Positions 8,722 through 14,700 of a stretch of 36,023 nt of DNA are shown here, piece after piece. The stretch is from a virus (Duplodnaviria; Caudoviricetes). Position 1 is the stretch's first letter; each line of letters opens with the position of its first letter. A program made the position numbers and the translations under genes. The notes beneath the pieces are model-generated. The model saw only the letters and a list, made by a program, of their open reading frames with translations, was not told the origin of the DNA and searched no databases. The stretch lies in IMG/VR virus record IMGVR_UViG_3300012943_000021, positions 1 to 36,023 of that record. One strand, written 5' to 3'.

Positions 8722-9368
8722 GCTCTTCCCCTGAAAGTGTAAGTGCCCGTGTGGTTCAACTGGGCGGGCAGGATGGTCATGTCGATCCCAACTTCCCGGC
8801 ACAGGTGGTTGAAGTAGTAGTCCTCTGAGAGCTCGATGTTGTCTACTCGCCCTGTCTGGTAGAAGTTCGTAATGACCTCCTTCTCCTGCGGCTCATAGGC
8901 AGATGAGACAACTGGCTTCAGCTTCTCGAAGACCTCTCGCTTGATCAGCTGAAAGCCGCCCTGAAGGTACAGTGGGTCGGTGTCATAGCTGGCAGCTGCG
9001 AGCTCAAGCTCTCTGGCGGTGCTGTCAGGCTTCTTCTGGAGCTGCGCCTTAACGCCGTCCCAGTTGATGTTCTTCTTTGGGTAGCGGCAGCCGATCACCG
9101 GCTTGTCGGCCTTCAAGAGATCGAGGATGAGCGTAGGGTCGCCTGAGACGTCGGCGTCAAGGAAGAAGAGGTGGGTGAAGCCTGACTTGAGGAAGTTGTG
9201 CACGAGCCGGTTGCGCGCCCTGGTGATGAAGCTCTCGCCGCCGATGAACTGGCAGGCGACGTCGATCTTGTTGTAGAAGCAGACGCCCTGAATACCGAGA
9301 AGCGTCGAGGTGGTGTTGATCGTCAGCTGGTGCGAGTAGCACGGCATGCAGATCAGAACTGATGTCAC
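8718..9368 (-). CDS. GT-A fold glycosyltransferase-like protein
   Basis: VLICMPCY, ESFITRARN, THLFFLDADV, GFQLIKREVF and LSEDYYF motifs; GTG start with GGAGGAG RBS and GTGA overlap. Confidence 0.82.
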   Translation of the reverse strand: MTSVLICMPCYSHQLTINTTSTLLGIQGVCFYNKIDVACQFIGGESFITRARNRLVHNFLKSGFTHLFFLDADVSGDPTLILDLLKADKPVIGCRYPKKNINWDGVKAQLQKKPDSTARELELAAASYDTDPLYLQGGFQLIKREVFEKLKPVVSSAYEPQEKEVITNFYQTGRVDNIELSEDYYFNHLCREVGIDMTILPAQLNHTGTYTFRGRA

Positions 9369-9568
9369 GACAGCTCCTCCGAGCCAGGTGCCTGGACCTT
9401 TGAAGCCTCGCAAATACATCTAACTGAATGCTCCATCTCACCAAATGCCCACGCATAATGAGGTGCTCTCCACGGTCGAGATGACACGAGAGGACCAAAA
9501 CTATCTATGACCTCAATAGCGGCACGGCCGCACATTGATTTAGGTGTGTCAAATGGTAGGATTTTCAC
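9365..9568 (-). CDS. Hypothetical protein, 67 aa
   Basis: 4-nt overlaps with both neighbours. Confidence 0.5.
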   Translation of the reverse strand: MKILPFDTPKSMCGRAAIEVIDSFGPLVSSRPWRAPHYAWAFGEMEHSVRCICEASKVQAPGSEELS

Positions 9569-9906
9569 GGCAGTTCAGACCCTTCAGATGGCGGCGTGGA
9601 AGCGTTGAGCAACGCAACACCTTTGTCTGTCAACCAGCCAGTGCGCAATGACACACCGCTCTCTGCCAAACCTTTGTTATGCACTCGCTCCATTGCTCGG
9701 AAAGCAACCTTTTCGCTGCACCCTGTTTCTGTAGCAAGCGTCTCATAGGGGAATGGGTGTTCTTCACCTTGTGCAGAGAAGTAGTCGAAGAAGGACTGCC
9801 CTGACTTCTGCCACTTGTCATGTATTTCACGTGTCTTCGTTGCATACGCATGAATGTGCCGGCATACGAGCACATCTGAAAGGTCCTTGGTTTGCAGCGC
9901 ATTCAT
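9565..9906 (-). CDS. Hypothetical protein, possible winged-helix DNA-binding domain
   Basis: YETLATETGCSEKVAFRAMERVHNKGL...WLTDKG resembles a wHTH; coupled to neighbours. Confidence 0.55.
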   Translation of the reverse strand: MNALQTKDLSDVLVCRHIHAYATKTREIHDKWQKSGQSFFDYFSAQGEEHPFPYETLATETGCSEKVAFRAMERVHNKGLAESGVSLRTGWLTDKGVALLNASTPPSEGSELP

Positions 9907-10181
9907 GGTGCCTCCTGCTCCGGTGGGCGCTTGGAAGCGTCTCTTGCTGCTCTCAATGCATACTGAAGTGTTCGCTGGACAGACTGCCCAAACTCTGCGC
10001 GTGCTGGGTTCTGGTATTTCTCCATCAACTCGTTGAAGAGCACGTGGTCAGAAGGTCCTTCACTGAACGGGCGTCCAGTGGCAATGCGTTGACCGCACTC
10101 TTGACCGGTAGTGAAAGCCTTCTGTCGAGTTTCCTCTAGTTGCTCAAGTGTGTAGAGCCCAAAGAAGTTGAGAAGTCTCAT
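9903..10181 (-). CDS. Hypothetical protein, 92 aa
   Basis: Part of the ATGA-coupled chain. Confidence 0.6.
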   Translation of the reverse strand: MRLLNFFGLYTLEQLEETRQKAFTTGQECGQRIATGRPFSEGPSDHVLFNELMEKYQNPARAEFGQSVQRTLQYALRAARDASKRPPEQEAP

Positions 10182-10396
10182 ACTGGCTCCACCGTTGGGG
10201 CGGGCTCTTGGTATGGCTTTGCTCCTGGGCGAAGCATCATCCTCATGTGAGGTCCTGCCTTCGCGTAAGGATGAGTACAGTCTTCACCGCGTGGCTGGAA
10301 GTAGACATCGTCGTAGTGGAAGAATGCACCATAGTCGATGAAGTAAACCTTGCCCAGCAGGCGAAGTTGCTCAATGTGGTCGTAAACAGACTTCAC
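10178..10396 (-). CDS. Hypothetical protein, 72 aa
   Basis: GTGA/ATGA-coupled chain. Confidence 0.6.
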   Translation of the reverse strand: MKSVYDHIEQLRLLGKVYFIDYGAFFHYDDVYFQPRGEDCTHPYAKAGPHMRMMLRPGAKPYQEPAPTVEPV

Positions 10397-10548
10397 TTGT
10401 TCACCTTTCTGCGCTTTTGGTTGGCGATCACTGTGGTTCCTAGTAGAGGACCCTTCTTCTTGAAGATTTTGTCGAAGTTGTCCCGGTAGGCCTTCGAGTT
10501 CTTCTTGGACTGGATGGTGTCTCCAGTATGTTCGTTCTTAGCTGCCAT
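10393..10548 (-). CDS. Small basic phage protein, 51 aa (not in ORF track)
   Basis: Manual translation MAAKNEHTGDTIQSKKNSKAYRDNFDKIFKKKGPLLGTTVIANQKRRKVNK; fills the gap; its stop overlaps the next start. Confidence 0.7.
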   Translation of the reverse strand: MAAKNEHTGDTIQSKKNSKAYRDNFDKIFKKKGPLLGTTVIANQKRRKVNK

Positions 10549-10918
10549 ATCTTGACTTCATTGCCTGTTTGTGCGACGATGTTCCAAGCTTGGTCTTGAC
10601 GCCTGCTCGCCCGTTGGTCTTCCACTTTGTCCCCGGCTGCCACACCAGGTTCTTGACTGAGTTGTTCTGCCAGTCAAAGTCCTTGTGGGCAAGCGTGCAC
10701 GTGCTGTCGTAACCTGGTACGAAGATGCGCGCGATCGCCCAGTCAAGGTACAGCATCTTGTGCTTGCCGTCAATGCAGGCGCAGCACATCAGCCGCTGGC
10801 CTCGGTTGTTTGGGACCAAGGACATGTACCGCTTGGACTTTTCAGACCAGATCTTCCAGCCCTTGGCGTGTGAGCCATCGAGCAGGTACTTCGGGTAGCC
10901 AGGTATCTTGTGCATCAT
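10538..10918 (-). CDS. Short NUMOD4-HNH-like protein, possibly degenerate
   Basis: IPGYPKY and AIARIFVP...LAHKDFDWQNNSVKNLVW; final HNH residue not evident. Confidence 0.72.
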   Translation of the reverse strand: MMHKIPGYPKYLLDGSHAKGWKIWSEKSKRYMSLVPNNRGQRLMCCACIDGKHKMLYLDWAIARIFVPGYDSTCTLAHKDFDWQNNSVKNLVWQPGTKWKTNGRAGVKTKLGTSSHKQAMKSRYGS

Positions 10919-10921
10919 ACC

Positions 10922-11482
10922 TTAGGGACCGGGGTGGGTAAACTGGGCGAGCGTCCTGCAGGTAGAGCAGGTTCCGCATGGTTGATTGTCAACAGGTGTG
11001 CGGCATGACCACGTCAGATCGAAGAGTTCCTTCGGAAGGGTCTGCGCCGCTTCAAATTTCGTCAGATGGCGAACTGGGAAGAGCAGCCGTGTCTCTGAAC
11101 TGAATGAAGAGAAGAGCTTACGGCCGCGGATACGGCGGTAGTCGTTGATCCCGATCTCATCGTCCTTCGTTGCGCCAAAAGCTACGCGCTCATATTTGCC
11201 GTTCTTCGCGAGTGCTCCGGCCACAAACATTGTTATGTCGCTGTCCCATAGCAGGTTGTCGCCAGGGACAGCGACCACACTGCCATCTGTCAGTGGGAAG
11301 TTGTAGCCGTGAGCGCTCATCCACTTAAGAATGTCTTCTACCGCCTTAGTCTCACGCTCATCTCTACCCTCACGGTTGATGATGTGAACGTGGTGAACAT
11401 GGACGTTCTCGTCCTTGAGCGCCCACAGGGCAGCCGTGCTGTCCGCGCCGCCAGAGAGCATCAAGAGGATTGGCTTCTTCAT
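10922..11482 (-). CDS. QueC-like PP-loop ATPase (7-cyano-7-deazaguanine synthase family, divergent)
   Basis: LMLSGGADS PP-loop and TWSC-x8-C-x2-C-x2-C zinc site. Confidence 0.85.
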   Translation of the reverse strand: MKKPILLMLSGGADSTAALWALKDENVHVHHVHIINREGRDERETKAVEDILKWMSAHGYNFPLTDGSVVAVPGDNLLWDSDITMFVAGALAKNGKYERVAFGATKDDEIGINDYRRIRGRKLFSSFSSETRLLFPVRHLTKFEAAQTLPKELFDLTWSCRTPVDNQPCGTCSTCRTLAQFTHPGP

Positions 11483-11979
11483 TTGGTGAAGATCAACACA
11501 ACGATTGGAGCAAGGCCTGGTTCATCAGACGGAGCCTCAATTGCCAGCTTCGCGTAGCTGAAGCCATTCTCAAACGCAAGCAGGCAGAAATCATGAGGTG
11601 AGAGCTTGCTCAGCAGCCGAGGGGTTTCGATAGTGCACTTGTCTGTGTAAAGTCGAACCCTGAACTGACCATCTTTTGATAACGCCTTATGACAGCGCTC
11701 GAGAACCGTTGGATAATCCTCGACAGGGAGGCAGTTAAATGAGCCGTCGGCGATGATGTAGTCGTAGTAGTTCTCTGGCATGTCCATCAGGCGCCAATCC
11801 TGGATAACATCCCCGCTCTCGAAGTCTACGACGGTAACGTTCACAGGCTTGACGAGGTGCAGTCGTGAGCGCCCGAGGTGGAGGATCTCTGGGTAGAGAG
11901 CCCTGCGCTCCTCATCGTTGGCACGAAGCCGTGGATCGAGAACTGGGTTGTTCTCCCATAGGTGCTTGGTCTCGATCAT
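11479..11979 (-). CDS. Class I SAM-dependent methyltransferase-like protein
   Basis: ILHLG, VVDF, DWRLMDMPENYYDYIIADGSF and LERCHKALSKDGQF follow the class I MTase motif order. Confidence 0.72.
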   Translation of the reverse strand: MIETKHLWENNPVLDPRLRANDEERRALYPEILHLGRSRLHLVKPVNVTVVDFESGDVIQDWRLMDMPENYYDYIIADGSFNCLPVEDYPTVLERCHKALSKDGQFRVRLYTDKCTIETPRLLSKLSPHDFCLLAFENGFSYAKLAIEAPSDEPGLAPIVVLIFTK

Positions 11980-12383
11980 TCTACAACCATGTTTACACGG
12001 TGGTCTTCTACCATGAAGTAGTTCTGACCGTCAACTGAAAGTCGCTGGCCCGCCTTCTCGTATGAGACGATAATGTCTCCAACCTTGCACTTGTTTGGAA
12101 TGCGGTTGCCATGTGAGACAGTCTTTGGGAACTTGCCAAGCTCTGGGTAGTAGCCCTTGCCTGAGGAGACGACGATGGCGACAACTTCCCTGTTTGGGTT
12201 CTTGTCTACCTCGACCAGCTGGAACCCTGGGATGTTGAACTCCTCGTCTACTGGAACGCAGACAAGCCAGCACTCGTTGGCGCGCAGGCCGCAGACATGG
12301 CCCTTGAGCTCCTTCTGCATCTTCTTGGCGCGCTTGACGGTCAGCTCGTTGACGCCTGGTCCTGGGTTTTCTTTCTTGCTCAT
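11976..12383 (-). CDS. groES: GroES/Cpn10-like co-chaperonin
   Basis: AIVVSSGKG...KVGDIIV...AGQRLSVDGQNYFMVEDHRVNMVVE matches the Cpn10 pattern. Confidence 0.8.
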   Translation of the reverse strand: MSKKENPGPGVNELTVKRAKKMQKELKGHVCGLRANECWLVCVPVDEEFNIPGFQLVEVDKNPNREVVAIVVSSGKGYYPELGKFPKTVSHGNRIPNKCKVGDIIVSYEKAGQRLSVDGQNYFMVEDHRVNMVVE

Positions 12384-12769
12384 GTTGGCTCCAGGAATGC
12401 CTTGCGCATCGCGTGGAAGTCGGCCGACTTCTTGGTGATTGCGGCGTTCTGAACGTGCTTTGGGATCAAGTGCAGCTCAGGGAAGACGCCAGGGCCGTAG
12501 CCGACAAGGTGGCGAAGGATAGCTATCTCTAGCGCAAGCTTGAGAAGGTCCTGCTCGGTTGGCTTCGAAACCTCGAGGCGGCGCTTGAGCTCGGCCTTGA
12601 CGTCCTTCATCGTATGCGAATGAGGGTTGGTTGGCCAGTATTTGACTGGCACCTCTATCACGTCAGCCAGCTCTTGGTTGGTGAAGTCGGGCAGGCGCTT
12701 TAGCAGGATTGCTGCTAGCGCTTCCTTTGGGTCTGGAAGGGTTTCCAGCTCTGTTTGTTCTTCAGTCAT
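12380..12769 (-). CDS. Hypothetical protein, 129 aa
   Basis: ATG 12769 with GGAG RBS; ATGA overlap downstream. Confidence 0.65.
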   Translation of the reverse strand: MTEEQTELETLPDPKEALAAILLKRLPDFTNQELADVIEVPVKYWPTNPHSHTMKDVKAELKRRLEVSKPTEQDLLKLALEIAILRHLVGYGPGVFPELHLIPKHVQNAAITKKSADFHAMRKAFLEPT

Positions 12770-12941
12770 TCGTCTTCTCCGATGGAGCTGCCGGCATCTT
12801 CTCGATCTCAGTGATCGCTGAACCGACATACTGGCCAATCTTGATGAGCGCGCCTTCGCCGTCAAAATATTGAAGGCCGCTGATCTGCAGGCCGGTTTCT
12901 GTTACGAGCTCAAGCTCGATGCGAACGGTCTTGATCTTCAT
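12762..12941 (-). CDS. Hypothetical protein, 59 aa (not in ORF track)
   Basis: Manual translation MKIKTVRIELELVTETGLQISGLQYFDGEGALIKIGQYVGSAITEIEKMPAAPSEKTND; AAGGA RBS; ATGA overlap. Confidence 0.6.
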   Translation of the reverse strand: MKIKTVRIELELVTETGLQISGLQYFDGEGALIKIGQYVGSAITEIEKMPAAPSEKTND

Positions 12942-13093
12942 AGTGATTTCCTTTTTAGTTCTGAAAGGTCCCAGCGTATCTCGTCAATCACAGTCAGGCG
13001 CTGGGACCAGGCTGAGTAGGTGCAAAAGTCTATGGCAAAAGCGATCGGCAGGCTGATCAAGTCCAACAGGAGCTTAACAAGTTTACCAATCAT
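12938..13093 (-). CDS. Small hydrophobic protein, 51 aa
   Basis: GGAGGA RBS before ATG 13093 (MIGKLVKLLL). Confidence 0.6.
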   Translation of the reverse strand: MIGKLVKLLLDLISLPIAFAIDFCTYSAWSQRLTVIDEIRWDLSELKRKSL

Positions 13094-13136
13094 AGTTCCT
13101 CCATTCGATGGAATATTTATCCACCGAGGACCTGGC

Positions 13137-13164
13137 AAAGAGAAGGGGCTCATTGAGCCCCTTT
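13137..13164 (-). terminator. Intrinsic terminator of the tRNA array
   Basis: AAGGGGCTC-AAT-GAGCCCCTT hairpin followed by CTCTTT on the - strand. Confidence 0.7.
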
Positions 13165-13182
13165 GCGCCTTACGGCATCGGC

Positions 13183-13205
13183 GTGTTCCACCCGTCCTGG
13201 CTGAC
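13183..13205. repeat. 23-bp inverted repeat, copy 1 (tRNA-Gln 3' end plus trailer)
   Basis: GTGTTCCACCCGTCCTGGCTGAC is the exact reverse complement of 14160-14182. Confidence 0.95.
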
Positions 13206-13273
13206 CTCGTAGGGCTCGAACCTACACCTCAGCGTTCAGAGCGCTGCGTCCTGCCAGATTAGACGAAAGGTCA
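13198..13273 (-). tRNA. trnQ: tRNA-Gln (CUG)
   Basis: Cloverleaf; anticodon arm CAGCG-CT CTG AA-CGCTG; GGTTCGAGCCC T arm; encoded CCA. Confidence 0.93.
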
Positions 13274-13283
13274 AAAATCGAAA

Positions 13284-13343
13284 GGGTCGTCAGGAGGGAC
13301 AATGGAAATGCACCCTTGCGGTCCTTACGGATACCACCGACCC
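13284..13343 (-). ncRNA. Candidate structured small RNA between tRNA-Arg and tRNA-Gln
   Basis: Closing stem GGGTCG/CGACCC, two GNRA hairpins (TCC-GTAA-GGA, CC-GCAA-GG), CATTGTCCCTCCT tract. Confidence 0.5.
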
Positions 13344-13347
13344 AAGC

Positions 13348-13422
13348 TGGCACCCTCGAGTGGAGTTGAACCACCTTTCCTGACGTTCGTAGCGTCTGGC
13401 CCAGTAGACCGCTGGCGAGGGT
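13348..13422 (-). tRNA. trnR: tRNA-Arg (ACG), non-canonical D-arm region
   Basis: Acceptor ACCCTCG/CGAGGGT, anticodon GACG-CT ACG AA-CGTC, GGTTCAACTCC T arm, GCCA end; lacks U8. Confidence 0.82.
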
Positions 13423-13425
13423 AGA

Positions 13426-13544
13426 TGACGTGTGAAGGTTAGTTCCACCTCCGCGGGAACCACTTAAGGTTTACCCCCTTTCTTCGTCCGCAAGGCTTTA
13501 TTGTCCTACACGGGCTGGCGGTATGCTCGTTACACTACACGTCA
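13426..13544 (-). ncRNA. Candidate 119-nt structured RNA between tRNA-Pro and tRNA-Arg
   Basis: Ends pair (TGACGTGT/ACACGTCA); internal stems CCGC/GCGG, AAGG/CCTT, GGTTCC/GGAACT; nearly fills the spacer. Confidence 0.55.
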
Positions 13545-13549
13545 AAAAC

Positions 13550-13625
13550 TGGTCGGAATGACAGGGCTCGAACCTGCGGCCTCAACGTCCCAAACGTCGC
13601 GCTCTACCAACTGAGCTACATTCCG
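13550..13625 (-). tRNA. trnP: tRNA-Pro (UGG)
   Basis: Canonical: CGGAATG acceptor, TAGCTCAGTTGGTAGAGC D arm, TT TGG GA loop, GGTTCGAGCCC, ACCA. Confidence 0.96.
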
Positions 13626-13630
13626 ATCGG

Positions 13631-13638
13631 GTATTTAC
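13631..13638 (-). promoter_or_regulatory. Putative promoter GTAAATAC for the tRNA array
   Basis: TAAATA core 6 nt upstream of the tRNA-Pro 5' end. Confidence 0.55.
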
Positions 13639-14093
13639 ACACCATCGAGCAGGACTGGGGCGAAGGTCGCTCGGCGGCGCGCCACCCGTGCGGTTGATGG
13701 TGTTTTTACCTGGACGACCCCGCTTCGAGTTGGCTTGCCAAGGTTGTGCTTCTTGCGGAAAGCGCGGATGTCGTCAGCAAGCTCCTTGGGGTGCAGCTTG
13801 TTGGGGGACGTGTAGATCGGGGTGATGGGCTTCCAGCTAAGGACGTGGTGGCGACCTGGTTGATCAACGTTGATCACGGAGATGCGGGACTTGCCGTCAA
13901 AGTAAGCTTGGAACCGGTTCAAGCCGTCCTTTTTGATCTTGGGAGGGTTGACCTCCTTGGTTGCCTGGCGTCCAACCTCACGGCCGGTGATCACTGCGCA
14001 GTTCTCGAAATGCCAGCGGCGCATCACCTGACCGGCACCAGTCTTTTCACAGTGAGGGCACTTGATCTGCTTTACGTTGTACTGACGGGTCAT
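13635..14093 (-). CDS. Basic zinc-finger protein, 152 aa
   Basis: CPHC-x12-H-x3-C motif (CPHCEKTG...MRRWHFENC) of the kind attached to phage homing endonucleases; GGAG RBS. Confidence 0.7.
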   Translation of the reverse strand: MTRQYNVKQIKCPHCEKTGAGQVMRRWHFENCAVITGREVGRQATKEVNPPKIKKDGLNRFQAYFDGKSRISVINVDQPGRHHVLSWKPITPIYTSPNKLHPKELADDIRAFRKKHNLGKPTRSGVVQVKTPSTARVARRRATFAPVLLDGV

Positions 14094-14449
14094 CTCTTGC
14101 TCCTCTGCTTGCGGAGACGCAGGCTTCTCTTCTTGAGGCGGGCAACCTTCTCCTCATGCGTCAGCCAGGACGGGTGGAACACCCCTGATGGGTTGTCGAG
14201 GTGGTGCTTCAGGTAGGCGGACAGGCCCATCAGGAAGAGGTGAGGTGATGGGGTCCGCTTGGCGGCCCGTTCAACCTTGCCCAACATCCAGTTGCAACCT
14301 GAACAGAGGACGGCACGTATCTGCCCGTTTTCATGTGAGTGATCAAGGCAGGCACGAGCCGGTTGCTTCCCGCAGAGGAGACAAATCCCTCCCTGTTCCT
14401 TTAGAAGAGCTTCCCTTGTTGGCTTGACTTGGGTTGGTTTCAATCTCAT
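14090..14449 (-). CDS. Recombination endonuclease VII-like (His-Me finger) nuclease
   Basis: QGGICLLC...CLDHSH..GQIRAVLCSGCN..LGKVE and HPSWLTHEEK tail. Confidence 0.88.
   Translation of the reverse strand: MRLKPTQVKPTREALLKEQGGICLLCGKQPARACLDHSHENGQIRAVLCSGCNWMLGKVERAAKRTPSPHLFLMGLSAYLKHHLDNPSGVFHPSWLTHEEKVARLKKRSLRLRKQRSKR
14160..14182. repeat. 23-bp inverted repeat, copy 2 (inside the endonuclease VII gene)
   Basis: GTCAGCCAGGACGGGTGGAACAC; reverse complement of 13183-13205. Confidence 0.95.
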
Positions 14450-14519
14450 ACATCTACTTAACCATTCACCAACCAGGAGTATGCTGACTTCTGAGGAGAC
14501 GCCCTGCGCTCTCCTCATA

Positions 14520-14700
14520 ATCAGTAAACGCCGTCGGATGACGCGCAGCGGCAGACGACCGCGATGTCAAACTTGCTTTTTAAAGTAGTAAGAACATAGC
14601 AGCGCCCGAAAGCAAGTGGGACACAACATCCAAAAGCAAGTCAACAGGTCGCTTGCTTTCAATACATAGTTTACAGATAAGCAAGTCAGGGTGTAAAATG
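14520..14700. promoter_or_regulatory. Divergent control region with five AAGCAAG boxes; candidate operator or origin
   Basis: AT-rich strand-switch point; boxes at 14571-14580 (-), 14609-14617 (+), 14632-14641 (+), 14652-14659 (-), 14679-14687 (+); TAAAAT at 14694-14699. Confidence 0.6.

Noticed and set aside
10922-11482. Complete 7-deazaguanine DNA modification system
   Set aside because: No DpdA, FolE, QueD or QueE gene is recognisable in the genome
13183-13205. tRNA 3'-end duplication as an attP/attB core
   Set aside because: The second copy is inverted, includes only 8 nt of tRNA and lies inside an intact gene; no integrase was found
45-13262. Many long + strand ORFs opposite the - strand genes (also throughout 17565-35975)
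   Set aside because: Antisense shadows of codon-biased genes; no RBS, coupling or recognisable motifs
13426-13544. 5S rRNA, SRP RNA, tmRNA or twister ribozyme
   Set aside because: The size is suggestive but the hallmark sequences (CCGAAC, GGAAGGAAGCAG, TTC T loop with CCA, GGTCCYAAGCCC) are absent
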